DNA of 64,000 nucleotides from Eledone cirrhosa (GCA_964016885.1 OZ024743.1:340504001-340568000); one strand, 5' to 3'; shown: positions 13,267 through 29,267, numbered from the stretch's first letter. The notes: generated by a model not told the origin, from the sequence alone. Numbers and translations are program-made.

Positions 13267-13378
13267 TCAAATCCCGCCGGGGTTAACTTTGTCTTTCATC
13301 CTTACGGGGGTCGATAAAATAAAGTACCAGTAATGCACTGGGTAATTGCTAGCCTCGTGCCAAAAGTAGAAACAATTA
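13267..13378 (+). mobile_element. tRNA-derived SINE fragment with Nin-like domain
   Basis: TTTCATCCTTACGGGGGTCGATAAAATAAAGTACCAG core shared with many copies in the window. Confidence 0.75.
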
Positions 13379-13893
13379 TCATTGCATAAAGTTTTACCCA
13401 TGATTGACATTAAGACCATTTTAGGTCTGGTCTCTCCATCAACCAGTGTAAGCATCCTAGGTTTCTCTTTCTCGGTATAATAAAACTTCAGATAGAGTTT
13501 AGAGAGATTACAAATAGATTAGGAGAGTTATTTCTGATTTTTATTATAAATTGGTTGGTATCATTTCTCTATCAATAATAGGTGTTGAGCTTATATTTGT
13601 GAAGCTCTGTAATTCAAATTTATTAGATGTTAACGATAGAGCCTCTCTGAGGTTGGTAGAAATAGCAGCTATGTTTCATTCAAATTACAACGTACTGTCT
13701 AGAAAAGGAATGATTCATTGGATCATATAGTCAGAGATATACAATGCTCAAATAGAAAGAAGGGATAGACATGGTTGGAATGTGTTTGATCATATGTCTG
13801 TTCACTTATTGGTTTTACTATGATGTTAATAATCTTGCTGTTATCCTAAACATAATCTTACAGAAATATAGGAAGTAAAAAAATGAAAGTGAG

Positions 13894-14209
<316 letters not shown>

Positions 14210-14286
14210 TTATACTCTGCTATGTATTGAGTACCTTACTTACTGTGGTTACCCCCGATTGAACCCGGGATAAAATTATATATATA

Positions 14287-15177
14287 CGAGGGGTCTTCAA
14301 AAAGTTCGTGGAAAAAGTACACAACTAAAAATCATATGCAGGGATTTTAATCTCAATTCACCTGTACGTTCTCGTACTAACCTGTCATAACATGTTCTAA
14401 CATGAACCCTTAAATGCATGTCCCAAAGCTGTTGCACCGAGATCAGCAGCAAACAAGGGCAGACTTTTCGATGGAAATTTTGAACAAGTGGGATGAAAAC
14501 CCTGAAGCGTTTTTGCAGAGAATTGTTTCCGGGGATGAAACGTGGCTCTACCAGTACGATCCCGATGACAAAACACAATCGAAGAAGTGGCTACCCAGGG
14601 GTGGAAGTGGGCCAGAGAAGGCAAAATTTGAGTGTTCAAGAGTGAGGGTCATAGCCTCTGTCTTCTGGGATGCAGAGAAGATTTTGCTGGTTGACTTCCT
14701 CGAGAACAAGAGAATAATTACAGCTGCATATTATAAAGGTGTTTTGAGAAAACTGACCAAGAAAATCACGGAAAACGCCTGGGAAAAATGCAGCGACGCG
14801 TCCATTTCCACCACGACAATGCGCCCGCTCACGGCGCTCGGCAACACTAGCTATGTTACGCGAATTTTGATGGGAAATCATATGACACCCATTTTACAGT
14901 CCCGATTTAGGCTCATTCGACTTCATTTTATTTCTAAACCTGAAAAAAAAAAAAAAATCATTGAAAGGTACACATTTTCCATCAATTGAAGATGTAAAAA
15001 AAAGCTGCTTTGACATGGTTTAAAACGCGTCCAGTTTTATACAGATGGACTTAAAGGCTGGTATCAAGGGTTGCAGAAATGTATTGATCTCGATGGAGCA
15101 TATGTTGAAAAATAAAAATCATAACTTAAACCGTTTTCCAACTCTCCATTTTCCATAAACGTTTTGAAGCCCCCTCT
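14287..15177 (+). mobile_element. Mariner DNA transposon, internally deleted
   Basis: TIRs CGAGGGGTCTTCAAAAAGTT / AACGTTTTGAAGCCCCCTCT flanked by TA; transposase relic inside. Confidence 0.92.
14414..15115 (+). pseudogene. Mariner transposase catalytic domain (DD34D type), frameshifted, no N-terminal HTH
   Basis: VPKLL, IVSGDETWLYQYDP, SVFWD, FHHDNAPAH (shifted frame), YSPDL, DGAYVEK*. Confidence 0.9.
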
Positions 15178-17235
15178 TATATAGGGAGAGAAAGAAAGAA
15201 AAAAAGAAAGAAAAAAAGAGAGAGAGAGAGAGGGTGAGAGAGAGGAGAGAGATAATGATGAATGTCATTTGTTTATGAGGTAAAATGTAAAATATGGCCC
15301 AAAAATTCTCGTAGTTGTCACTCTCCACTTCAGTCTATTCTTAATTTAAATTAATTTTAATTCTCATCCATTTGCCTTTCTTCGGCCGAAATTATCATTA
15401 AGATAAATACTTTTATCTAACTGCATCGAATTTCGTAGTGTCAAACTCACTACTTGTTTTTCATGCAGCAGGCGTGCCTGGGTATTTTCATCGCGTCATT
15501 ATTATAGCTTTAAGTTAAATAATAGTGTTTGTGAATTACATATATCTAGTGCAGGCGAAAGGATCCTTGCAGCTGTTTAGTCCCAGGTTAACCATGACCA
15601 AGCTGAGATATGGAAAAAGTGTTCTAGTTATGATCATACCTTATCACTCCCCGCCAGCAACAATATGTCTAGGACCACAGTATCCAATTTATTCTTTTCG
15701 TTTTTAAGGGGTGGGGGTGTAATCTGAGGAACATATGGTTTAAATATCTAGTAGGTAAACAATCGCGAAGAACCATCGAGTGTAGAAGAAACGATTCTTT
15801 TATTCTTAGATGTAATTATGTGAAGTATAAAACGTGCTTAAGATATTATATCTAATTTATTTATGTTTTGCTATTCCACTAATAGAATAATGTTTCTATT
15901 GATGTTTAACTCCTGTTTAGCTCGGACAGCACAACCGTTCGAAACTGTTCGAAAAATAATCATTAACCGTGTTATATTTCGAACATAGTGTATTGGAATT
16001 GAAGTAGATTCGACAGCTAACTTTAGTATGTCGAGCCACCACAAAGTGGCTCTTTCATTAACCCATGTATATGATAGTGATTAGTATGAATGTGTATATA
16101 TATATATATTTTTTAATTAAGCTCTGTCACCTCCGATTGAATAGACCTATGATTAAAAGGTATTTCTGTCAAGATCATGTCTTATCGACTGATAGAAAGT
16201 AAGATAATGTACAAATGTATCTTAGACAGTATTTAATTGATACAGTCAACGCAAGTAGAGATTTAACAAGTCATAAATTGGTTAGATGAAATCTGATATC
16301 AAAATCAATAGTGAAGTAACAATTGGTCGCATTTGGGAATTTATCCTTTACATGCTATTACTTCATCTAAATGACATTTGGTCACGTTGAAATGTCAGTT
16401 AGATGCATCAGAAAATAAACTCCCCTACATTTACAAATTAGTTGAAATTATATACTTCTATTTCCATCTGTCCGTGTATAGATTCTACCATGCTGATTTT
16501 AATACTTATTAACCTGCCAACAGAAGACATGCAGGAGATACAGTTGCAAAGTAAAATCTCTTCAACAATCTCAACTTAACGTAAACAAACAAGTTTCATT
16601 CTTCTCATTGCTACTTGCTACTTATTAATTGCCATTAGAAACTTTTGAACATTTTAAAATTACATAAATTTATATATGTGCATATATATACACACACAAA
16701 CACATACATATAGTTTTAAGTTAATACCTTTAATTGTTCAAAGTGTGAACCTACTACTACTACTACTACTACTACTTGATCATGTAGTTGTATCCTCCTC
16801 CTCTTCCTTCTCCTCCTCATCATCCTCAAAGCAGTAGTAATCGTAGTAGTGTTAGTAGCAGTAGTATGTTATTTGATATATTTCTGTTTTTACAGAGAGA
16901 AAGAGGGGGAGAGAGAAAGAGGGAGAGCAAGAGAGAAAGGGAAAGGGAGAGAGAGCAGGAGAAAGAGAAATAGAGAAGATATAGATATAGATATAGAGAT
17001 TTAGTAACATAGATAGATAGAGAAAGAGATAGCGGGAGATATAGATAGATATATAAATAGTGAGAGGAAGATAGAGAGAGGGAGGGAGACAGAGAGAGAA
17101 AGAGCGAGAGAGAGAGAGACAGACAGAGAGGGAGAGAGAAAGAAAGAAATAGAGGATGAGGGGGAGACAGCGAAAGAGCTATTTTTTCGTTTCATAATTT
17201 TTCTTCAACCCGTTCATGGATTGCTCACTCTCATA

Positions 17236-17405
17236 ATTGTTTCTACTTTAGGCAGAAGGCCAGCAATATCCCAGTGCATTACTGGTACTTTATTTTATCG
17301 ACCCCGTAAGGATGAAAGGCAAAGTCAACCTCGGCGGGATTTGAACTCAGATCGTAAAGGGACGTAACTATGCTGGAAAGCATGGCGTCCGACCCTCTAC
17401 CGATG
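17236..17405 (-). mobile_element. tRNA-derived Nin-domain SINE
   Basis: B box GAGTTCAAATCC plus Nin-like core; near-identical to 61556-61737. Confidence 0.8.
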
Positions 17406-18048
17406 TTAAACAACATGAACGAAGAAACTGCAACATATTCATGAATTATGTAATGACGTTGCTTTTTAATTCTCATGCGGACTGGTCGAACAGATTTATG
17501 ATCAAAGACAGTATAGTTACGACTATCTTGTCTTTTTCAAGTATAATATATCGATTTTAAGACAGCAAGAAGAGATTTGAAAAAAGTAAAACTCTTGACT
17601 GCTATCTCTACTATCTAAAAATATATTATATAATTATTAATGTGTCTTTCCTTGGTTAAAATGTCAGTATATGATTTGGCTGTTATTTCTAGAAGATCCA
17701 GTGACCGCGTATAGGTACCATAACTGGTTGCCCGATGACAATGTTTCATTAATTATATAGTATTGTCACATCGAGGAAAGCAATGTAAACTGCGTATCAA
17801 TATATTTACATCTATTAAGATGAATGGAAAATTCAATGATTATATATAAAGAAAAATCAGGATGAAGGATAGAAAAATCAATATTTGTCTTAGGAAAGAG
17901 ACAGACGTAAAGCCCAAATCAATACAATACAATACAATACAATACAATATAGATATAATTAAGAGAAACTTCATGTTAAACAAGATTATGCATCACTATG
18001 TCTGTCTGTTTGTCTGTTTGTTTGTTTCTGCCTTTCTATGTATGTATT

Positions 18049-18400
<352 letters not shown>

Positions 18401-19178
18401 TAAGCAAGTATTGCACCAAGAAAAATATAGACTTCGGCAACAAAGGAAAGTAGGAATTTATTGGCTTTAACATATGTTTCTGTGTCTATTATAATCGTAT
18501 ACATATGCTGACTACAATATATATTGCTCAATCATATGCAATACTCAATTATTACACTGATAGTTCATTTTCTGAATACACGCTTTTCACTGGGAGGATC
18601 TAAATACACTCTCTCAATACGTCAGTTTGGCCATCTTAAAATGAATGTTGCATATTTTTTAACAAAAAAGTTCCAAAGAAAGGGGCAATAATTATTAGTG
18701 CTTATTTGGGTGTGTAGAAGGAGTGAAAATGTGAGGCTAGCGCTTTTATTCAAAATACGAGATGAAGGAAGCTAACTTATACTATGTCCATAGAATATTG
18801 GAATTGAGGTACTGTGTACATTAAGAAGCTACAAGAGTTAGAAGCAATACGGTAGAGATCTGTAAAGAGGAGTTGAGAGTGAGAAACAAGTGACGAGGCG
18901 CTTTTGGTGGCTTATTTGATGTTAATTCGAGAGCCTCTCCATATTTGAGAAGCCACAGCTAGGCAATTCAATCCAGGCATAAGGGTGGTATTGAAAAATA
19001 TTGAGCCCAGATTGTACGACAGATAGAATAAACTATCGGAAAAAAGCATATGAGACAACACGAGAGAGAGATAGAGAGAGAGGGGTAGAGAAAGAGAGAG
19101 AGAAAGAGAGAGGGAGAGAAAGAAAAAGAGAGAGGGAGAGAAAGAAAGAGAGAAAGAGAGAGAGAGAGAGAGTGAGAG

Positions 19179-19244
<66 letters not shown>

Positions 19245-19505
19245 AAATAATTAATTAGTGGTTTTTTCTAATTTAACCGGCAATGTTCATGAGGTTAGTT
19301 AGTGAGCAGGAATATTTTGATATTCAAATATATAAATGAAAATAACTGTTTAATACGGTAACCCCACCAAAAAAGAAGAATGTAAAACAAAGTGAAGAAA
19401 TGGTGATATGTATAGGAAAGAAACAAGAAATTTACTTCCTGTTTCCTTCGGTTGCAACGTTTTTCGAAATATTTACTTCTGCGCTCACAGATTGATTTTT
19501 TTTTT

Positions 19506-19556
19506 AGTTTCAGAAGATCCCGTTAAGGGTGAAAGCAGCGATTCTTTGCTTAAACT
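19506..19556 (+). ncRNA. Hammerhead variant, core CAGAAGA (U4A)
   Basis: AGTTT-CAGAAGA-TCCCGTTAAGGGT-GAAA-GCA..TGC-TT-AAACT in pLTR fragment 19430-19670. Confidence 0.75.
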
Positions 19557-19790
19557 TTAATTTGTCATTTAAATAAATATTTGCTCTAGGGTTCTTATAT
19601 TTTTCATATATATTTATTCTTATCGAGCCCTCTTTGGATTTTAGTCTTCACATTTATTATTATTACTATATATATATGAGTATTTCTTTAGAACTACTGG
19701 AGTAGCAACCTATAGATACCTCAGGCACTGATGGTGATTATCGCTAAATACTGATATTGGTTAGATTATCAATATTCGTATTATTGGGCA

Positions 19791-19917
19791 CCCACTGATG
19801 AATTATAAGAGCCCACTTGAATATATATCTGTTGATTTTATACAAGCTCCTACATAAATTGGTATAATTTCACCAAAATTGTAGGAATCTTATAATGAAA
19901 CGAGACGTCCGTCTGGG
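19791..19917 (+). ncRNA. Hammerhead ribozyme with ~95-nt branched stem II
   Basis: CCCA-CTGATGA-ATTATAAGA..TCTTATAAT-GAAA-CGAGACG-TC..TGGG; perfect 9-bp stem II base; GUC site. Confidence 0.75.
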
Positions 19918-20113
19918 AAGAGATATATTCGATATGTCTCATATGAAATAATACAGCCAATTTTCCACACAATACATTTAGTTAGCACCCGGAACGTTTA
20001 ATTAGGAATATACTCACTTATTTCCTAATGTTTGTTGAGTGAGTTGGAATTTGGCCGGAGTATCGCAAAAAAAGCTTTCTCCGATAATGTTTTTGTTCCC
20101 GTCTAAGTTTTAA

Positions 20114-20184
<71 letters not shown>

Positions 20185-20189
20185 GTTAA

Positions 20190-21835
20190 AACTTAGACGG
20201 GAACAAAAACAGAGAGGCAGTACAAATAAGAGTTTATTAGGTTCACGCTTTTGAGAGTGGGGGTGGGGTGGGGGTGGGGTGGTGAACGACATTTCGGGAA
20301 TAAGCCCTTCATCGGGAGAAAAGTGGGTAGGAAGAGAGTTCCGAAGGTGTGTGGGAGGAGTGCTGGAAAGACATTTTGAAAAAAAAAGAGGGGGGGGGGA
20401 GGAAAAACGATTGAAGAAGTAGAAATAAAAATAAAAATAAACATAAAAATAAACAAATAGTGGAAGGGTGTGAGGCGTGCAGGGGTGGTGGCAGGTGGAG
20501 TTGGGAGAGAGAGGCAGGGGGTCTGAGCGGGGAGGGCTGACGGTGGCGTTTGTGTATGTGTGTAGGTGTACGTGTGTACGTGTGTATGTGAATGTGAGAG
20601 TTGGGGGAAGGACGAGGTTCCATGTTCAGGAAAAAGTGTGCGCGTGGGGTGGGGTGTAAGTCGGTGTGTGCGTGCGTGTGGATAGAGAGGGGTCAGAGAG
20701 GTGGGGGAGGGTGTGTGTGGATTCCGGAGGCTGAGTTGGTATATGTGGGGTGCGTTTGTGTTTATACGTGGTGTGGATGTAGGTGGCGTGGATCGAAAAG
20801 AAATGTGAGTGTTTGTTCGTGGGTAAGTTCCTAAGGTAGTTCCGTGGAGTGTGCGATGAGATGTTGGATATTTCTCATGTTATAGAGTGGATAGCTGGAA
20901 CGATGACCGGTGGTGTGGAATCCGTTAGTTGTGGTGGTCGGAAGTGGAGAGATGTGGGGTGCGCGCGCAACAGGAAGTGGTCAGAGTGTCAACGCAGGTT
21001 GAAGAGATAGCAGTAGAGGAGGATGACAGGTGGAGAAATGGTCTGTTTGTGGTAAGGGGTGGGTGGGTGGTGAGTGAGTTTGTGGTCAAGGTTGCGGATG
21101 GTGGAGAGGGAGGAGCGGAGGGAGTTGCGCATTAGGAGGCGCGAGGATCGGGTGAGGATACGTTGGGTGGAGGGGAAGCGGAGGTGGAGGTGTGGAAGCG
21201 TAGTCGGAAGCCAAAGGGGATGAGGTGGAGGTGGAGGCAGTGGCTGAGGAAATGAATGTGGCTAGAATGCCGGGTTTTGGCGAAGAGAAGGTAGAAGAGC
21301 TGGAGGGCCAGCAGGGTGGGAGAAGGGCGTGAGGAAATGTTTGAGGCGGGTGTGGAGTTGGTGGAGAAAAGATTCAGGCTGGGCATGGTGGGCGTGGAAT
21401 TAAAGCAGGGGGTGGGGTGGAAGAGGAGGGAAGTGTGTGATGCAGAGGGGTGGGGGTGGAACGAAGGTGTAAGTGCAAAAAGGATAGACAGAGACGGGGG
21501 AGGGAAAACCAAAACAAAATTATCGTAAGGAGGTGAAAGTATACACAAGAAATCATGGACAAAAATATCATAGACAAAAATCATAAACAGAAATAAACAA
21601 ATGCAGTAAAATAATCAAGAAATAATGCAATAGAATAGGAAAAAATAAACAAGGAAAGAAAAGGTTTGTGGGAGAGTTTGGGATATATATATGTAAAAAG
21701 TAAACAGAAATAACAACACAATCGGTACAGAATATGGAAGGAATATGTTAGGTTAACGCTTGAAATAGCAGGAAGAGGGTTTTAATGTTTCGGACGCTAG
21801 TTCTTCATCAGAAGAAAGATTGAGAATTTAGAAAG
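20190..21835 (-). mobile_element. Highly degraded, internally deleted PLE-like relic
   Basis: Strong purine skew and coding-like remnants; HHR-like motif at its 5' end (21780-21815, CTGATGA-AGAACTAGCGTCC-GAAA-CAT-TA). Confidence 0.4.
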
Positions 21836-21851
21836 ATTGAAGAGACAGGCG

Positions 21852-22025
21852 GGAGTCTTTTTAGGAATATTTATTTATTTCCTTCACCGGTTTCACAGTT
21901 TTTATGCTTTTCAAAAGCATAAGAACTGTGAAACCGGTAAATTAAATAAGTAAATGTTCTTAAAAAGACTCCAATTGCAGTTTCGATTTCTTTTCCTTAT
22001 ACTTTCACCTGTGTAGGACATCTCC
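21852..22025. repeat. Fold-back fragment of the 34.5/39.0-kb pLTR
   Basis: Hairpin 21852-21972 centred on CTTTTCAAAAG; sequence matches 34500-34637. Confidence 0.85.
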
Positions 22026-22283
22026 TTTTTTATTAAAGAAAAAACTCATTTTCTTATAAATAATAATATATGCCTTATCTTGACAACGGTCGATAAGTCA
22101 GTAACAACTGTCGGTAACTTCCCTTTGCTTCTGCTGGAACTCGCTAGGTGGTGCCCAACCACCACCTTTTAAAAAATCACAGCTAAATGCTTCTAAATGT
22201 TTATTCGTAAACATATACACACTTTACACACACATAAACACACACACACACATGCACACGCACACATACACACGCAAACACAC

Positions 22284-22403
<120 letters not shown>

Positions 22404-22501
22404 GCATATATAAATATAAAGGAAGCTACAAACCCAGCTCCTTCCAATGCATAGAGAACTACCTTGATTTATGGTTTCCGCAGTCACGCAACTACACAGT
22501 T

Positions 22502-22583
<82 letters not shown>

Positions 22584-22939
22584 TGTGTATAAGGGGTAGG
22601 AGCAAGTGTATAACAATAAAAAACAGAGAAAGAGGAAATGAAGTGAAAGTGAGTGAGCGTGATGGGGTGAGGAAAATTTAAGAAATAGAGTGGGGTTATC
22701 GGAGGATAAATGCATATTTATTATGTATAGGAGAAAGGAGCATACTTCAGTAATATGTATCCAATCTGGTAAATGAGTACATAAGATAAGTGGATTTGAA
22801 AATCACAATAAATTGGAACATAAGTGAGCAAAGATGAAAATAAGAAATTGTTTACAATAAAACCAAATAATGATTTTTACTTTAGGCACAAAACCTGTAG
22901 ATTTGGGAAGGTGAAAGTCGATTATTTAAACACCAGTAC

Positions 22940-23445
22940 TTTGCCTTTCATCCTTACGGGGTCGATAAAATAAAGTACCAGTAATGCACTGATTTAATTG
23001 CTGGCCTTTTGCCAAAAGTAGAAACAATTATATTTTATCGGAGGCTGCGAATTGGCAGAGTCGTTAAGACGCCGGATAGAATACTTTACGGTATTCGTTC
23101 TACCTCATTGCGCACTCTGAGTTCAAATCCCATTGGGTCAACTTTGCCTTTCACCCTTTCGAGGTCAATAAGAAAAGTACCAGTCCAGTATTGGGCTCGA
23201 TTCTTTCTCTATAGAAAAAATCGGCTGTGTTCATACTTGGAGAGGGTTAGGCTCTGCCAGGTTTAAAAAGTGCCCTAGACATACCGTTTGACGCTGCTTC
23301 TACGACTCCATAAGGAATTATGGGATCGTTATACTTATCCTTATATATTTTATCGACCTCGGAAGGATGAAAGGCAAAGCAGAAAGTAGAAGGGCGTAAC
23401 GAAATACTGAAATGCATTTCATCCGACGCTCTAACGATTCTGCCA
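22940..23445. mobile_element. Cluster of Nin-domain SINE fragments
   Basis: Cores at 22940-23030 (+), 23040-23200 (+, A and B boxes), 23345-23445 (-). Confidence 0.7.
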
Positions 23446-24384
23446 AAAACTAAATAACAAAATACAATCCTATAAAGTGAAGTGGAAATATTCTCAATAT
23501 TCAGTGGGCAAAATCAAGTCATTTTGAGCAGACCTATGATGAAGAATTATGGGTCATAATTATCTATCGTTTTATATATTAGAGTTGGCATTTTATAAGG
23601 TATTTCTCGTTTTTAAGACTGCAGGATGTGATTTGGCTGTTATTTCTTGCAAGTTCCTCCTTCCAAGTCCCTTTAATTATTGATTAATTTTGTTTGGATC
23701 TGACAGAGAACAACTATGATATAATTTATTCTGTTGTGACCGGAATCGTTGAATATAAGACTTTTACACGACAGAGGGTGAAATAATTATATAAAGAATT
23801 ATTTAGATTGATGTATATATATAACTGAAGCCTTAGGAACACTACTCAAATCTACATTTCTTTTATGACGGCAGAATGTGGGAAGAATGTGGGAAGAGAT
23901 TGGGAAGAGATTTGGTAGTAATTTCTATCACTTCGAGTGACCACACAGAGACTCATTTATTGAATGTTAGTTGTTAGAATTTTTAGAAATCGTTAAATGC
24001 AAAACTATAACGTGATAGTGGTTGAAATAATTATATGCAAAATTATTTAGAATGATTCTGAAGCGGAAACAAGGTTGTTTTTTAATTGAATAAATATTCC
24101 CTAATGTATTTAAAAATTAGCCGACGAGTGTGGTCAGAGTGATTGATTTCACCTAAAAGAATTTAACACCCAATTTTAAGTGACTACCCATCGGTAATGG
24201 AAGAGAAAAATCTACTGAAATACCAAAAGAAGTTCGCTTTGATTTGACAATCATGCTAATTATTTCAGTGACAAACAGAATAAATAATTGCGCTTCTTAA
24301 ATTACTTTAACGGTTGCATATTCTGTTTTGTAGAGAATATTTTTGGAAAATGTAATTTTAATATATTCCAAAAATTTTAATTTC

Positions 24385-24630
24385 AGGAAACCAGCATAAT
24401 GTAAATGAGAAATACAGGTGTGAAAACGAGAGTAAAGACAAAACAAAACAATACTTTTACCGTATATTCCATGATATATAAGACCACTTTTTAAAAAGAA
24501 ACAAAAAGAATTCCAAAAAGGGTCTTATCATGAAATAATGTAAAACCGTAAAATGCTGTTATATTTCGTTTTATCTTACTCCCGTTTCCACTCCTTTATT
24601 TCCGACTTCCATTATACTAGCTTTCCTTAT
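24385..24630. repeat. Old imperfect long hairpin (MITE-like)
   Basis: 24385-24492 is a degenerate reverse complement of 24515-24630. Confidence 0.5.
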
Positions 24631-25739
24631 TTAAGGTATACTTAAATAATTCGGAAAGGTATTTGCAAAATAAAAGACAAAAACAAAAACAAACAAGAAA
24701 TATTCAGAATTAACTTAGTAAAAAATTAAGTCACTTTGAAATTTAATCTAGAAAAGCTTGAATTATATATTTACTTTGTCGTAATTTTCACACCTTTTAA
24801 TCTAAGGAATATTATATATTATGGATACACACATACATACCCTCCCACACACATAAGCATATCCCGATCATATTAATTCAGCCTACTACATCACCAAGTA
24901 AACGGATAATGAAGACCTAGAAAAGTTGATGATTTGGAAAGAAACTGCTAAGAACTGATATGGCCATTAAAAAAGCTTTGTTAAAAAAAAGATAGCAAAT
25001 GACACACACGTTTTAAAACATGTAAATGGTTAAATGATTAACCTCGTTACAATGAAGTTTCACCACATAGCCATAATAAACGAATATATATATATATGTA
25101 TATATTGAATTCTCCGGTAAATATAGTCGGATTAGCTTTTCTAGATCTTGTTCATTTGTAAGATAGCAAAACACGTGTAAATTGCATATTAAATGTTGAT
25201 CCTCTAACTACGATTTTGTCCCCCCCCCCCACACACACACACACAAACATATATATATATATATATATATAAGAACCGAAAGAGAATACATGTGGTTGAC
25301 AAAATATATGCACCAGAATATGATCAATGTGTGTACAGTGGAAATATTTACACAAGGAAAAAGGTGCTCAATAACAAAGTAGAGAGTATATATGTATTAT
25401 ATTACTGAGATCACTATCTTTTGCTAATCTAAGTTTCACGGATTGCCACTGAGCAAACAACTAGAAAGAATATTTACTTGACACACTATATATTCCAAAT
25501 ATAATTGGCATAATTAATATAATAATAAACTATATAGGAATGGCAGTTTTACAAATTCATTTCTAACAAATAGATGTGAATATATGAAATATACTATATT
25601 CATACAGCCACCTATTTACTCACCACCTCTCACGTACTCACACACATTCAACATTTACACATAAATGTGTACATACTTATCATCACCACTAATGTAGTCC
25701 ATTTTCACATGAATATATATATATGTACATACGCATACA

Positions 25740-26210
<471 letters not shown>

Positions 26211-26579
26211 AATGGAAAAGAATGAAACGAAATTTCATTTCTCACTCTTAGTACGGCACTTACTTAAATGTAAGTATGCTTGTATGTATATGTATACAGA
26301 CGTACAGTATCATATATATATGTGTGCATGTACGTGCATATATATATGTGTGCATGTATGTATATATATACATACTACTGTACGTCTGTATACATATATG
26401 TATGTACGTATACATACATACTTATATATATATATATATTTATAAAAATACACACTAATGCAATTTTAAGGTAACTAACTATCAAGTGTAAAAACAGGAA
26501 GTGTCAAAATCGTTAAGATATATTCATCAATATACATTTACCCGCCACGCGTCAGCTCCCCCCACAACAAATCTGCTAG

Positions 26580-26900
26580 ACGGAATGTACTTCTGTATGT
26601 GATGGATGGTTCTTAACATCACTTGAAAGCACCACACCACCAACATAGAATTTTATGATAGTCTGCCAAAGTTAAGGAAAAAGATAGCTCAGCGAAGATT
26701 GTGTTTGGCAGGCCTCTGTATGAGACATCCTCAAGAAATAGGTGGATAAAATATGAGAGACAAACTACTAACTTTATTTACTTACTTCAAAAAGACACGG
26801 ATCTGAAAAATGTATTGGAATTAGAAAGAATGATAGTGAAGCGAGACACCTGGCATAAGATTCGTTTCCTGTTTTGATCGGAAGATCAGCAGAGACGATG
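26580..26900 (+). mobile_element. RTE-like LINE 3' fragment
   Basis: EFYDSLPKLRKKIAQRRLCLAGLCMRHPQE, similar to 55183-55308. Confidence 0.6.
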
Positions 26901-26909
26901 TGTATATAT

Positions 26910-27095
26910 AATTGTTTCTATTTTAGGCACAAGGCCAGCAATAACCAGTAGATTACTGGTACTTTATTTTATCGACCCCGTAAGGATGAAAGGCAAAGTT
27001 AACCTCGGCGGGATTTGAACTCAGAATGGCAAGGACCGTAACTCTATGCGTCAAAGTATGGCGTCCGACCCTCTACCGATACTGCCAATCCACCG
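26910..27095 (-). mobile_element. tRNA-derived Nin-domain SINE
   Basis: A and B boxes plus Nin-like core. Confidence 0.8.
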
Positions 27096-28763
27096 ATAAT
27101 GAAATTTTATTAGAACGTTAGAGGTTTATAAGTATTAATGTCCATTTCTTCCATCAGGGGCGCTTATATGCCCTATTATTTAAACTATTTGCCTATAGTA
27201 AAAATAAAAGAATAAATAAATTAATAAGTTAATACTCAACAACGTATATACATATTTAAATAAACAAATATATAGAAGTAAATCAGTTTAACATATTTAA
27301 GAATAAGCGGGATGGTAAACTGTATTTAGACAGCTAGCCATGTTATTTTGCGTATTGGTCAGTTATATCATATTGCCACTGGCCAAAGCTAGATCATTAA
27401 GCTTGGCTTGGACGCCGCAGGATTCTCTTCCCAGCTCGAGCCAGTGGGGCTGGACTAAGAGGGTGGCAAAAGGCCAAACGCCATAACGATTTGCCAGTTC
27501 CGCGGTGGTAGGCCCCCTCATCTAGACTGCTACATTCTGTGACACTTTCTCCAGCGGCAACCTTGTGCATTTGGTGACTAACCCAGGCTTTGCTCCTTGT
27601 CAGGCCGAAGAAGGCACGCTATGAAAATATTGGTCGCTCTCCAATAAGTTTGTAGCAGTGGAGACAGCTGACGTTCTTGGCCACTGGGTTACATCCCTAC
27701 TCACTACTATCGGGGCCGAGTTGGCTACTTGAAGGAGAGAGCCACACGAGTTGCAATAGCTATTCCAACGCGTCTCCCTCACCATCTTCTGGGGTAACGT
27801 TTTCTCCATTCTGTCTGCTGGGAACACGAGGTGACCTATACATGGGCTCCCAAACACAAGAGAATGCTCCTCCACCCCGCTTAGGCCCGTGACACTGTGG
27901 TAGCAATGCTGAGTTGTACTGTCACCTAATAAGTTTCCTTTTTATCTTATTGCTATTTGTATCCTTATTTTTACTTGTAGTGTTTTACTTTGCTGCGTCT
28001 GTTTGAAGACATTAGTGTTTAGATTGACTTATAAATAAATAAAAAGTAACATTATTCTCTAAAAAAGTTAACTACTAAGAACAAAGGTCAGACAGATTAT
28101 TATATACACCACATATATATATATATATAAACACAGAGAGAGACACATATGAATGTATAGATACATATACACATTATTTTAAAAAATTGTTTCATTGTTT
28201 AACATCATATGTTAGACTGTAGTTTTGAATATTCAACGAGGTATATGAGGATATCTTTCCACCAAAACGGATAGAACTACTTCAATTAAATATTGACATC
28301 AACGCTTCATTAATTTTTAATTATATATATGGGTGGTGGGGCATTTAGTCAATAAATATATGTATATATTATATAAATGATAGAGATATTTTTGTGAGAT
28401 AAAGTAATATATATGGCATCGCAGTCCACATTTTAACCACCCAACCTTCTTTTTAAGAGAGTATAATACTATTTTATAGGCTACTATTTCTAATAAAGCC
28501 AGAGCACACGCAGAATCTCCATGGCTGGCTCTCTGACAAAAAATGTTTCTTTAATTATATGATACTGTCATTGCTTCCATCGAGGGAAAAGCTATGTAAA
28601 CCGTGTCTCAATTTATTTACATCTATTAGGATGAATGGAAAATTCAGTGGTAAATAACAATCAGGATGAAGGCTCGGAAAATCGATATTTGTACAGGAAT
28701 GAGACAGATATTATGTGTTGGATAAGCGTAACAATATAATACAGTATAATTGTAAAGTGAAAC

Positions 28764-28798
<35 letters not shown>

Positions 28799-28935
28799 AT
28801 AATAATACATTTGAAGACTAAAATCCAAAGAGGGCTCGATAAGGATAAATATGTATCAAATATATAAGAACCGTAGGGCAAATATTTATTTATTTTTAAG
28901 CCAGTATAGTACTATCTATTATATATATATTTATA

Positions 28936-29009
<74 letters not shown>

Positions 29010-29021
29010 TCTGTTATTTTA

Positions 29022-29146
<125 letters not shown>

Positions 29147-29267
29147 CATATATACATATATATATATGTATATATATATATATATGTTAACACCATATGT
29201 AACACCATGTGTAACACCACATGTATATATATATATATATATAAACATATATATATATACATATATA

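Noticed and set aside
20309-21584. Pro/His/Ser-rich ORFs as host exons
   Set aside because: Composition skew explains the open frames; no domain or splice support; the adjacent HHR-like motif suggests a retroelement relic.
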